64,000 bases of DNA from Candidatus Azotimanducaceae bacterium. Its GTDB lineage: Bacteria; Pseudomonadota; Gammaproteobacteria; Pseudomonadales; Azotimanducaceae. Of the stretch, positions 1 to 8,829 are shown piece after piece. The first letter of the stretch is position 1. Each line of letters starts with the position of its first letter. The position numbers and the translations under genes are program-made. The notes beneath the pieces were generated by a model. It had not been told where the DNA came from and did no database searches. It saw nothing but the letters and a program-made list of their open reading frames with translations. The stretch is taken from positions 483,162 to 547,161 of the forward strand of contig OZ242179.1 of assembly GCA_965205735.1 (NCBI GenBank), read 5' to 3'.

Positions 1-698
1 ACGTCCGGCCTCCGCACCGCGGCCTATCGCTCTTCGTGGTGGAGAAACCTGTCTACGACGGACACGACTTCGAATACACCGAACCACGCGGCGGCAAGGT
101 GTTGGGACGCGCGATACCGACCATCGGCTACCGGGGGATGCATTCGTTCGAAATGTTCTACGACGACTTCTTCGTGCCCGATGACGCGCTGGTGGGCGAA
201 GTTGAGGGTCGCGGCAAGGGCTTCTACTACACGATGCGCGGCTTTTCCGGAGGCCGTCTACAGACCGCGGCGCGTGCCAGCGGCCTGATGCGCGCCGCCT
301 TCGAGGCGGCGCTGGACTACGCGGAAAACCGCAGGGTGTTCGGCCGCGCCGTGGCGGAATATCCGTTGACCCTGCAGAAGTTCGCGCGCATGGGCATGTA
401 CATCGTCGCTTGTCGGCAGTTCTCGTACGACGTCGCGCGGCGCATCGACGTCGGGAGCGGACCCGGAACGGGCCGAAACGGCGCGCAACTGGCGGCCAGC
501 CTGGTCAAGCTGTTCGCGTGCAAGGTGGCCGAAAGCGTGACGCGGGAAGCGATGCAGATCCACGGGGGCATGGGCTATGGCGAAGAATCAGCGGTGAGTC
601 GCTACTTCCTCGACGCGCGCGTCCTGTCCATCTTCGAGGGTGCCGAGGAAACGCTGGCGCTGAAAGTTGTCGGTCGGGCATTGTTGCCGACAGACTAG
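1..698 (+). CDS. acyl-CoA dehydrogenase, C-terminal part (5' end lies outside the window)
   Basis: The frame is open from the window edge (GLSLFVVEKP...). The C-terminal ACAD-type helical domain ends ...IHGGMGYGEESAVSRYFLDARVLSIFEGAEETLALKVVGRALL. Confidence 0.85.
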   Translation, partial: VRPPHRGLSLFVVEKPVYDGHDFEYTEPRGGKVLGRAIPTIGYRGMHSFEMFYDDFFVPDDALVGEVEGRGKGFYYTMRGFSGGRLQTAARASGLMRAAFEAALDYAENRRVFGRAVAEYPLTLQKFARMGMYIVACRQFSYDVARRIDVGSGPGTGRNGAQLAASLVKLFACKVAESVTREAMQIHGGMGYGEESAVSRYFLDARVLSIFEGAEETLALKVVGRALLPTD

Positions 699-796
699 TG
701 TCCGGGCCCCGGGTGCCGGAACCCCCACATCCAATTGCGCATAATATATATTATGTTAAATAGGATACTGGCTGGCGATGATCGGTGGACGTCCCA

Positions 797-1303
797 CTAC
801 CTGATGCTGAGTCTTGCATTGACAACGCCCTGCTCATCCTCTGCGTCGATCGCGGCCTGAACGATGCGCAGATCATCCTCGACGAGCAACCCGGTCCATC
901 GCAACACGTCGTTGAACGCCTGCCGCTGGATTACCACGTTCACGCTGCCGTCGCTTTCCGGTCGATACCGCGCGAGGCGAACGTTCGCCTCGCGCGCGGT
1001 GGCGTCGATCAATGTCAGCAGTGAGCGGTTGGGCGCGACCGGACCGGCGTTATCTTCGCCGCGTTGCCGGGCTTCGGCTTCGTGCGAGCGCATCCAGTCC
1101 AGTCGGTATTGCTGCTCCGCATAACGCGCCAGCGCCGTTTCGCGGAAATCGTATGCGGGAGAAAACGCGCCTGCGTACAGAATCGCCAGCATCCCCACAG
1201 TTCCGGCGACGTGAAGCAGGAGGCGCTCGCGTTGTTCCAGAGCCCGGTATCGCTGTTCGACGCCCGTGTCGCGGAACGCGGCTCGCAATCGTTCGCGGAT
1301 CAT
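797..1303 (-). CDS. gspM: type II secretion system protein M
   Basis: 168 aa from ATG 1303, with an ATGA overlap onto the gspL stop. It has a single N-terminal TM segment (LLLHVAGTVGMLAILYAGAF) and is the last gene of the gsp operon. The longer 347-aa ORF in the track is an upstream extension that overlaps gspL. Confidence 0.75.
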   Translation of the reverse strand: MIRERLRAAFRDTGVEQRYRALEQRERLLLHVAGTVGMLAILYAGAFSPAYDFRETALARYAEQQYRLDWMRSHEAEARQRGEDNAGPVAPNRSLLTLIDATAREANVRLARYRPESDGSVNVVIQRQAFNDVLRWTGLLVEDDLRIVQAAIDAEDEQGVVNARLSIR

Positions 1304-2577
1304 CCTGACATCCTGATGCGCAAACGCGCCCGGACGATGCTGTCCCGCTCTTCCGCGCTGCTGATATCGACCGTGAGGCCCCGCCCTTCGAGTTCGAGCT
1401 TGAGTTCGTCTAGCAACGCGTAACCGGGCAACCACAGCTCGGTCGTCAACTCCCCCCGGGAATCGTTGAACGTGATCGACCTGACGTTGACGTCTGCATT
1501 TCCCTGTGTCGTGCCGGCGGCAAGTTGTCCGAGCAACGCGTGAAAAGCGGCCTGTCCGGCATCCGATTCGCGGAGCTTGGCGCGCATCTGTGCATATGCG
1601 TTGGGGACGCGGCGCTCGTTCGGGTAGATGCCCCGGTACAGGGCCGTCGATTCGGCTTCGAGGGCAGCCGCGCGATGATTGGAAACGTAGCCTTCGGCAA
1701 TCAGCACAGCCAGGGTCACGATCAACCAAAGTGCGGCCAAACCTGCGACGCCGCGCCACCCGCCGCGGGATCCACGTCTGCCCATGGACGGCGCAAACGG
1801 TCCCTGCAGCAGGTTGATCTCGGGTCGGTTGGCATCCCACTGCGACGCAAGGAAATGGAGCACAGTGCCGCTGAGAGCTGTCCGATGGACGTTGAAACCA
1901 CTGCCATCCATCCGCCAGTCTGAAGCGTCCGGACCAACAACATCGAGTTCAAGGGTTTCGTCCGCTCCGTCAAAGCTTGCGCGAATGGACTCCAGTATGT
2001 CGGGCAGTGTCGACGCCTCGATAGTTGCGATGTGCTCGGGCGTTCTCACCAACGCCTCGTCGCCTTCCAACAGCACGGACGCCGAAGATTGGTTGCAAGG
2101 CAGCAGGCAAGCGTCCGGCACCATGTGACCTGGCCGCAACCCGCAATCGCGCAGGCAGGTGAGCCAATCGGCAAGCAGATGTCTATCAATCAGCGCGCAG
2201 CGCACCGGCTGCCCGCGCACGATGGGCCCGTGCGCCAAGTGCATGGATTCGACATCCTGGGTGAGGTCTTCCTCTACGGCGAACGGCAAGGCGCGCCGTA
2301 TTTGCGCGGCGCGACGGCCGGGCACTGCGCGGGAGAGCCAGGCGACCTGTGCGCTCGGAACAAGGACCACAAGGTTATCCGGGTCTGCCAGGGCCTCCGG
2401 CACGCCGGACATGCTAGCCATGTGGCTGAGTCCCGCCGCGTCGGTTTCGCCCTGCGCCAACGTCTGCCCGCGATCATCGCGCACCAGCCACTGACACTGA
2501 ATCGTCTCGTCGACAGTCTGGTTCGCGCCACCATCCGCCCGCCCCGGCCCCGAAAGGATCCGTATGAACAGCCGCAT
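1300..2577 (-). CDS. gspL: type II secretion system protein L
   Basis: 425 aa: a cytoplasmic N-domain, one central TM segment (WRGVAGLAALWLIVTLAVLIAEG) and a periplasmic C-domain. It sits between gspK and gspM. Confidence 0.8.
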   Translation of the reverse strand: MRLFIRILSGPGRADGGANQTVDETIQCQWLVRDDRGQTLAQGETDAAGLSHMASMSGVPEALADPDNLVVLVPSAQVAWLSRAVPGRRAAQIRRALPFAVEEDLTQDVESMHLAHGPIVRGQPVRCALIDRHLLADWLTCLRDCGLRPGHMVPDACLLPCNQSSASVLLEGDEALVRTPEHIATIEASTLPDILESIRASFDGADETLELDVVGPDASDWRMDGSGFNVHRTALSGTVLHFLASQWDANRPEINLLQGPFAPSMGRRGSRGGWRGVAGLAALWLIVTLAVLIAEGYVSNHRAAALEAESTALYRGIYPNERRVPNAYAQMRAKLRESDAGQAAFHALLGQLAAGTTQGNADVNVRSITFNDSRGELTTELWLPGYALLDELKLELEGRGLTVDISSAEERDSIVRARLRIRMSG

Positions 2578-2671
2578 GACCCCCTACTTCGCCGCGCTGG
2601 CGCGTTTCAGAAGCGGCGACAAGGATAACCGTTCGGTTGTTCGTAGATAAAGGCGGACCATCTTCGGCGCC

Positions 2672-3706
2672 TTATCGCCGCGTATCCGTGACGCCTGATT
2701 CGCTGACACCGGTGGTGGTGTTGTCGGCATTCGCGGACCCAGCATCGAAGATCGACGGTACGCGGCGTCCGAAATTGCGGCCTAGCAGCCGGATCTCGCC
2801 GCTTTGCGGATCGCGGTGAAGCATCGAGATCAACTCGGAGCGCGCCCCGCCGAGTTCGACCCGAACGCGCACCTCGAAGAATGCACTGGTGACAGTCAGC
2901 ACTTCCGCGCTGTCCGCCAACCCGGCGTATCGCGCCTGGGCTTCGGCGACATCCCGAAACTCCCTCGGGCTTTCCATCAGGGCCTCGGCTTCTTCGAGCG
3001 TGAAAGAATGACCTAGGCTCCGCAAGATCTCGACACCGCTTGTGTTGACGTTGACCTTGAGTTCGTTGACCGGGAACAGCGCGACGTAGGGCAAAAGGCG
3101 GTCATGGATATCTTTCGTAAAGCCCGCCACCGCGAGCATCGTGCTGGCACTGGCCGCAGTTCGGTTCGCGGCACGATACGCGGGCTCCGCCAGCAGGTAA
3201 TCCTCGTCTTCGGCGCCGAGTCCGTACACGGTTTCGTCGTGGTCGATCCAGTCGAGCCAAGCGTCCGCCAGGTTGGGGTCAAGTTCGAGGTCGACCATCA
3301 GACGCTTGAGCCGTTGCAGACTCTTGGGCCCCGTGACGGCATTCAGGTTGAACCGCCGTTCCAGGTCCGAGATGACGAGTTCGATCCGCCCGCCCTCGAT
3401 CTCAAACGGTTCAGTTGGCAACGACCATGTTTCGACAAGCGTGTCCACGGAGTTGTCCGTTACCCAGTCCTCGAACAGTAGTTGGCGCGCATAGGCCTCC
3501 GCGCCAAAGGCGTATTCGCGCGCCTGCGCGCCGTCAAGGACCTGCCGCGCGTGCGCCACGGTAAGCGCGTGTCGCGAGATCATTTGGGACGCAATCGCGC
3601 TGGCGAGTGCCACGACCAGCAACACGCTGACCAATGCTACGCCGCGAGTACGTCGAGCCTGTTCGACTGCGCGACCAGTGAGTCCAGAACTCGCGTATTG
3701 CTCCAT
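2672..3706 (-). CDS. gspK: type II secretion minor pseudopilin K
   Basis: N-terminal hydrophobic segment GVALVSVLLVVALASAIA, with the size and operon position of GspK. ATG 3706 is preferred over the TTG at 3736. Confidence 0.8.
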   Translation of the reverse strand: MEQYASSGLTGRAVEQARRTRGVALVSVLLVVALASAIASQMISRHALTVAHARQVLDGAQAREYAFGAEAYARQLLFEDWVTDNSVDTLVETWSLPTEPFEIEGGRIELVISDLERRFNLNAVTGPKSLQRLKRLMVDLELDPNLADAWLDWIDHDETVYGLGAEDEDYLLAEPAYRAANRTAASASTMLAVAGFTKDIHDRLLPYVALFPVNELKVNVNTSGVEILRSLGHSFTLEEAEALMESPREFRDVAEAQARYAGLADSAEVLTVTSAFFEVRVRVELGGARSELISMLHRDPQSGEIRLLGRNFGRRVPSIFDAGSANADNTTTGVSESGVTDTRR

Positions 3707-3754
3707 GTTATTCCGGTTAATATCTTTATATATCAATATAATGGAGTTAGTAAC

Positions 3755-4396
3755 TTAATTATTTTCGAGTGTGTTATCGGCGTCTGCAGGGGTCCGCAGG
3801 GCCATGGTCGTGGGGACCGTCCACAGCCGTTCGATATCCCCGTACGGGGGCAGCGTCATCCGGACGACAACGGCGGCGAGCCTCTTCTCTTGCGCGTTGT
3901 CGCCGACATCCGGGGGCCAGAACCTGTGTTCGACCCCGGCGTAATCCACCGCGAGCACTTCCATGTCGGTGACGTCGCTCAGCAACAACTGTCGGATTGG
4001 CATGCTGTCCCGCGCGCGGTCGAGCACTGGCCAGTACAGCCGAAACAATGCGCCTTCCACCCACGCATAAGCGACCCTTTGCAACTCGGAACGGTTGTGC
4101 CCCAGGGGATTCGCCCAGCCGCGCCGGGTGAATTGCAGCAGCCCGACTCGGTCGATTTCGAAACCGGGGTGCGAATCGCCCAGTTCGTCGCGCACACTTC
4201 GATGCGCAAGTTGCTGAATGTCACGCCGTATGATTTCGACGGCGCGCTGCGCTTCGACCAGTCGCTCGCCTCGCGCCTCGGTGCGTTCTCCCATGTCAAT
4301 GATCTGGATCAATAACCGGTTCGACATGAGGCCGATAACGGCGAATACCGCCAGGGCGACCAGCATCTCTATCAGGGTAAATCCGAAACGGCGCAC
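3755..4396 (-). CDS. gspJ: type II secretion minor pseudopilin J
   Basis: Prepilin-type N-terminus MRRFGFTLIEMLVALAVFAVIG. GTG start. Operon position fits GspJ. Confidence 0.85.
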   Translation of the reverse strand: MRRFGFTLIEMLVALAVFAVIGLMSNRLLIQIIDMGERTEARGERLVEAQRAVEIIRRDIQQLAHRSVRDELGDSHPGFEIDRVGLLQFTRRGWANPLGHNRSELQRVAYAWVEGALFRLYWPVLDRARDSMPIRQLLLSDVTDMEVLAVDYAGVEHRFWPPDVGDNAQEKRLAAVVVRMTLPPYGDIERLWTVPTTMALRTPADADNTLENN

Positions 4397-4397
4397 G

Positions 4398-4781
4398 TCA
4401 GTGGCGCCCGATGAATGCTGTCATCGAATCGACGGGCCCCACTTCACGCCCATCTTCCAGGTAGAACACCGAGTACTCGATTCGTGACAGCGTCGGATGC
4501 GATGTCGCAACGATGTCCTCCACGATCAGCCACTCGCGGGAACCGAGCTTGACGCGGCGGCGTTGGGTCCCGTCGGACAACGGACCGCGGTTCAGCATCT
4601 GGCGCAGCCGCGCCCGCTCGACTTCGTTTTCCAGGGCCCACCGGGCAAGCGCTCGCCGCTCGAGCGAATAGGTCTGCGCAGCCGTTTCGCCGCCGCGCAC
4701 AAGCACGGTGGTCGCGACGATAGCCACGACCGCCAGTGCGACCATCAGTTCGATGAGCGTGAAGCCGCGGCCGACGCTCAA
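4398..4781 (-). CDS. gspI: type II secretion minor pseudopilin I
   Basis: Prepilin-type N-terminus GRGFTLIELMVALAVVAIVA, 127 aa. Confidence 0.85.
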   Translation of the reverse strand: MSVGRGFTLIELMVALAVVAIVATTVLVRGGETAAQTYSLERRALARWALENEVERARLRQMLNRGPLSDGTQRRRVKLGSREWLIVEDIVATSHPTLSRIEYSVFYLEDGREVGPVDSMTAFIGRH

Positions 4782-5365
4782 GTCTGGTCGTCCGATCCGG
4801 CTGCGGAAGACGCGCGCGTGCGGGAGATTCCATCGGACGCCACCGTCCAGGAGACGAGTCCGCCTGTCCCGACGCCGATGAGGAATGGGCTCTGTTCCCC
4901 GCTCGCCAAGATCAGCACCTGGGGTAAATCAGCGTTATCGTGGCGGACCTCGTCAGACTCTGGCCGTTCGGGGGCCCCGAGGTATTGATCGGACGAAGCG
5001 TCCGGGCGCGACAACCCCTCAACCTGCAGCGAGAAAGTCACATCCGGCGGCGCATTGCGCGTTCGAAACGTGTGTTTCGAGGCCGCCTGCCAAGTGCCCG
5101 TCAGCTCGTCGTAGACCTTGAATCCGTACCGCGTCCGACCAACGAACAGTCCCCAGGATTCGTTGCGGCTCAACGCCTCTGCACGCGCGAGTTCAATCAA
5201 CGCCGCGAGCCGTTCTGCCTCCGTCTCCAGGTTGCGGTGCCTGTCGGCTCCGATGGAATGCAGAACAACCGCGCCCGCAAGTATGCCGATGATCGCCATG
5301 ACGATGAATATCTCAATGAACGTGAATCCACCACGGCCGGCGCTTGGCGGCCGCTTACGCCGCAA
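4778..5365 (-). CDS. gspH: type II secretion minor pseudopilin H
   Basis: Prepilin motif GGFTFIEIFIVMAIIGILAG. The track ORF (to 5563) overlaps gspG, so the start is placed at the in-frame TTG at 5365. This start is uncertain. Confidence 0.7.
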   Translation of the reverse strand: MRRKRPPSAGRGGFTFIEIFIVMAIIGILAGAVVLHSIGADRHRNLETEAERLAALIELARAEALSRNESWGLFVGRTRYGFKVYDELTGTWQAASKHTFRTRNAPPDVTFSLQVEGLSRPDASSDQYLGAPERPESDEVRHDNADLPQVLILASGEQSPFLIGVGTGGLVSWTVASDGISRTRASSAAGSDDQT

Positions 5366-5417
5366 CGGTGGCAAACGTCGAAAATGCCGGGGCGTCAGGC
5401 AGCGCGTTATCCGGTAG

Positions 5418-5840
5418 TCAAAGGTCGCGATAATAGATGTCGGCCGCGGACCCTTCGCCGCCCTCCTTGCCGTCGGCAGCCAGCGAGTACAGCTCAAATG
5501 TTTCACCCGCATTGATGTAGACATAGGGGTTTTGCCAAGGGTCGGTCGGAACTTTTCGGGCATAACCCCCCGGGTTGTAGTTCATGGGATCCGGAAGCCC
5601 GTTCGGCTTGCTTGCCAAGGCTTCGAGCCCCTGGTCCGTGGACGGATAATGCGCGTTGTCAAGGCGATACAGGTCCAGCGTGGCACCGATGCCGCGAAGG
5701 TCATTCACCACGGCGGTGCGGCGCGCCTGGTCGCTACGGCCGACGATGTTGGGTACGAACAGGGCCGCAATAATGCCGATGATCACCACCACCAGCATGA
5801 TCTCCATGAGCGTAAAGCCATTGTCCGTTCGCCGCTTCAT
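5418..5840 (-). CDS. gspG: type II secretion major pseudopilin G
   Basis: MKRRTDNGFTLMEIMLVVVIIGIIAALFVPN followed by a conserved GspG core (LDNAHYPSTDQGLEAL...DPWQNPY). The ATG at 5840 lies just after the gspF stop. Confidence 0.95.
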   Translation of the reverse strand: MKRRTDNGFTLMEIMLVVVIIGIIAALFVPNIVGRSDQARRTAVVNDLRGIGATLDLYRLDNAHYPSTDQGLEALASKPNGLPDPMNYNPGGYARKVPTDPWQNPYVYINAGETFELYSLAADGKEGGEGSAADIYYRDL

Positions 5841-5844
5841 AGTG

Positions 5845-7053
5845 CTAGGCCACAAGTTCATGGATATTGAGAATCGGCAACAAGATAGCAAGGACGATCA
5901 TGACGACGACGAGGCCCATGATAACCATCATCGTCGGCTCGAACACCCGCACCAGGGCGGTCGTCAGGCGCTCTATTTCGCTCTGCTGAAACTGCGCCAC
6001 CTTGCGCAGCATCGTGTCCAGCTCACCGCTCGACTCGCCACTCGCGACCATATGCAGGAACATCGGCGGGAAGTGGCCACAGGATCCCAGCGCAGTCCGC
6101 AGGCTGGAGCCTTCGCTCACGTGGCGAACGGCATCCCCGAGTCCGCGTTTCAGCCACTGGTTGGAAACGACTTCCCCGGCGATGCGCATCGCCTCGACCA
6201 GGGGGACGCCGCTCGATGTCAGGATGGAAAGCGTACTGGCGTAACGGCTGGCGTTGCCACCTCGAACAATCCTCCCAAGCAGGGGCAAGGCGAGTTTCCG
6301 GCGATCCCATTGCAGGCGGATTTCCGGTCGCGCCAACAGGCGGCGGACACCGTACCAGACCACGGCGATGCCTATCGCCAGCATCCACAGGTTGGTTCGC
6401 AAGAATACACTTAAGGCGATCATGAACTGCGTCAACAGGGGCAGTTCCTGCCCCGTATCTTCGAACACCTGGACGATGTCCGGCACGATATATATCAGTA
6501 GCGCGCCGACGATCAGCATGGCGAAGACCAGCAGAACCACGGGATAGAACAGCGCCATCTCGACGTTCCTGCGCGACTCGAAACTCGCCTCGGTATAGTC
6601 CGCCAGGTTTTCCAGCACCGCGTCGAGATGGCCAGACTGCTCTCCCGCGGCGACCGTAGACCGGTACATGTCGGAAAACGTGGACGGAAACTCGCCAAGC
6701 GCGGCGGCGAACGCATGGCCTTCCCGCACCCTTCCGCGGACGGTCATGATCATGGCCCGGGACCGGCGTTTTTCGATCTGCCCGCCGACCGCATCGAGCG
6801 CTTCTTCGACAGGCAGTCCGGCGGAAATCATCGTTGCCAACTGGCGCGTGAACAGGGCTTGGTCGAGGGCCGACATCCCGCGCGGAAACACCCAGCGAAA
6901 TCCGCCGGCGCGTTCTTCCGCCATGTCGACGGAAAGCGGCGTCAACCCGGCGTCGCGCAGCGCCTGGCGCACCTGCCGACGGCTGTCGCCTTCCCGAACC
7001 CCTTTCTTCCGGCGCCCCCGCGAATCGAGGGCAACGTATTCGAAGGCAGCCAT
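5845..7053 (-). CDS. gspF: type II secretion inner-membrane platform protein F
   Basis: 402 aa with GspF/PilC-type duplicated cytoplasmic domains and three TM segments. Confidence 0.95.
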   Translation of the reverse strand: MAAFEYVALDSRGRRKKGVREGDSRRQVRQALRDAGLTPLSVDMAEERAGGFRWVFPRGMSALDQALFTRQLATMISAGLPVEEALDAVGGQIEKRRSRAMIMTVRGRVREGHAFAAALGEFPSTFSDMYRSTVAAGEQSGHLDAVLENLADYTEASFESRRNVEMALFYPVVLLVFAMLIVGALLIYIVPDIVQVFEDTGQELPLLTQFMIALSVFLRTNLWMLAIGIAVVWYGVRRLLARPEIRLQWDRRKLALPLLGRIVRGGNASRYASTLSILTSSGVPLVEAMRIAGEVVSNQWLKRGLGDAVRHVSEGSSLRTALGSCGHFPPMFLHMVASGESSGELDTMLRKVAQFQQSEIERLTTALVRVFEPTMMVIMGLVVVMIVLAILLPILNIHELVA

Positions 7054-7223
7054 GGCTGGCTAGTGTTCCGTCAAGTCTAAAAATGCGAGTGTAGCTGCGA
7101 GGGATTTTTGGTTCCTGGCGAGGCGCGACGACGCCGTGTGGCAGGCCCCATACAAGGAGGAGCAACGAAGCCCAGGGGCCAAAAAAAACCGCAGATACCC
7201 GTAGATTTGGGCTTGACGGAGCA

Positions 7224-8720
7224 CTAGGTCCCGCCGTCGTCCAGAGTAGCCTTCATCACCTCTTCCACTGTCGTCGTTCCCTGCCGCACTTTCGCGCGGC
7301 CATCCTCGCGAATACTGGGAAACCGCTCGCGCGTGTGGCGAAACAGCGTCTGTTCGGACGCGCGGTCGTGGATCAGTTCGCGCATGGTGTCATCGGCAAC
7401 GATGAGTTCGTAGATGCCGGTTCGCCCTCGGTAACCGCTATTTCCGCAGGCATCGCAGCCTCGGGCACGATAGATGATTGTGCAGTCGTCGGCTTCCAGG
7501 AAGTGCCGTTCGAAAGCGTTCGGCGCGACCGGCTTCTTGCATTGGTTGCACAACACCCGAACCAGTCTCTGCGCCAGCACGCCGGCAAGGCTGGAAGCCA
7601 CGAGAAACGGCTCGACTCCCTGGTCCACCAGGCGAACCACCGCGCCGACCGCGGTATTGGTGTGCAGCGTCGACATCACCAAGTGCCCCGTGAGGCTCGC
7701 CTGGATCGCGATCTCGGCCGTTTCCAGGTCGCGAATTTCCCCGACCATGACGACATCGGGATCTTGACGAAGGATTGCTCGCAAGCCTCTGGCGAAGGTC
7801 ATGTCCGCCTTTTCGTTGACCTGGGTCTGCCCTATTCCGCTCAGGTTGTACTCGACGGGATCCTCTATCGTAAGGATATTCATGGTCCGCGTGCTGAGTT
7901 CGGTCAACGACGCGTACAGGGTAGTAGTCTTGCCAGAGCCGGTCGGTCCGGTCACGAGAAAAATGCCGTGTGGCCGATGGACTACTTCGCGCAGCAACTC
8001 GAGCGCCTCCCGGCGCATGCCGAGGTTTGGCAGGGTCAGCCGTCCCGCCTGTTTGTCCAGGATGCGCAAGACGACCCGCTCTCCGTTCGCCGAAGGCAGC
8101 GTCGAGACGCGGACATCCACTTCCCGGCCCCCGATGCGCAGTGGAATCCTGCCGTCCTGGGGAATGCGTTTCTCGGCGATATCGAGCTTCGCCATTACCT
8201 TGATCCGGGATACCAGGAGCGGTGCCAGCGCACGTTTCGGCCGCACGATTTCCCGCATGACGCCGTCGACGCGGAAGCGCACGCTGAGATCCTTCTCGAA
8301 CGTTTCGACATGAATGTCCGACGCATCTTCCCGGATCGCCTCCGCCAGCAGCGCGTTGATCAGGCGGATGATCGGCGCGTCATCCTCCTGTTCCAGCAGG
8401 TCGCCAAGCTCCGGCACGGACTCGGCGAGACGCGCCAAATCCATATCGTCGCCGATATCTTCGACCATCTGTTTCGCTTCGGAAGCGTCCCTGGCATAGA
8501 CATCGCCGAGGAGGCGTTCAAATTCGCCGTTGGAAACCGTACGCAGGGCGAAGCCGCTTCCGGCAAAACGCCTGACCTCGGCCAAGGTTGTCAACGTAGG
8601 CATCTGCTTGCAGACGAGGGTCATGCGCCCGTTCGTCCCGTGACCATCCGTAATGGCAACGCCGAATCGCCTTGCGAACGCGAACGGCAAGCGTCTAGCG
8701 AGTTCTAGCGGTTCCTGCAT
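7224..8720 (-). CDS. gspE: type II secretion ATPase E
   Basis: Walker A GPTGSGKTT, tetracysteine CNQCK...CDACGNSGYRGRTG, and a GspE-type N-terminal domain. 498 aa. Confidence 0.95.
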   Translation of the reverse strand: MQEPLELARRLPFAFARRFGVAITDGHGTNGRMTLVCKQMPTLTTLAEVRRFAGSGFALRTVSNGEFERLLGDVYARDASEAKQMVEDIGDDMDLARLAESVPELGDLLEQEDDAPIIRLINALLAEAIREDASDIHVETFEKDLSVRFRVDGVMREIVRPKRALAPLLVSRIKVMAKLDIAEKRIPQDGRIPLRIGGREVDVRVSTLPSANGERVVLRILDKQAGRLTLPNLGMRREALELLREVVHRPHGIFLVTGPTGSGKTTTLYASLTELSTRTMNILTIEDPVEYNLSGIGQTQVNEKADMTFARGLRAILRQDPDVVMVGEIRDLETAEIAIQASLTGHLVMSTLHTNTAVGAVVRLVDQGVEPFLVASSLAGVLAQRLVRVLCNQCKKPVAPNAFERHFLEADDCTIIYRARGCDACGNSGYRGRTGIYELIVADDTMRELIHDRASEQTLFRHTRERFPSIREDGRAKVRQGTTTVEEVMKATLDDGGT

Positions 8721-8761
8721 GTGTTGACTCGCAGTTCACGGAACGGTCAGCGAATGATAGT

Positions 8762-8812
8762 GCCACAAAAACCGTCGCCCTGGCGGGCGCCGGGTTCCCC
8801 CCGCCCAAGCCC
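8762..8812 (+). repeat. partial REP-like element (first-hairpin half only)
   Basis: gccacaaaaaccgtcgccctggcgggcgccgggttccccccgcccaagccc matches the 5' half of the full units at 39491-39730, in the same orientation. Confidence 0.7.
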
Positions 8813-8829
8813 TCTGCGTTGTAGCGTTG

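Noticed and set aside
3707-3754. A strikingly AT-rich 48-bp patch between gspJ and gspK, and a similar one at 730-780 after gspM. Considered as a possible insertion scar or internal promoter.
   Set aside because: Short AT-rich intergenic spacers are common at gene junctions and convergent terminator regions in high-GC genomes. There are no repeats or motifs beyond a possible weak promoter, so there is not enough to support a call.
5366-5563. The long N-terminal extension of the gspH ORF (MPEKFRPTLGKTPMSTSMRVKH...).
   Set aside because: It overlaps the 3' end of gspG in another frame, and the prepilin leader/cleavage motif (GGFTFIE) lies far downstream. A short leader from an internal TTG fits pseudopilin architecture better.
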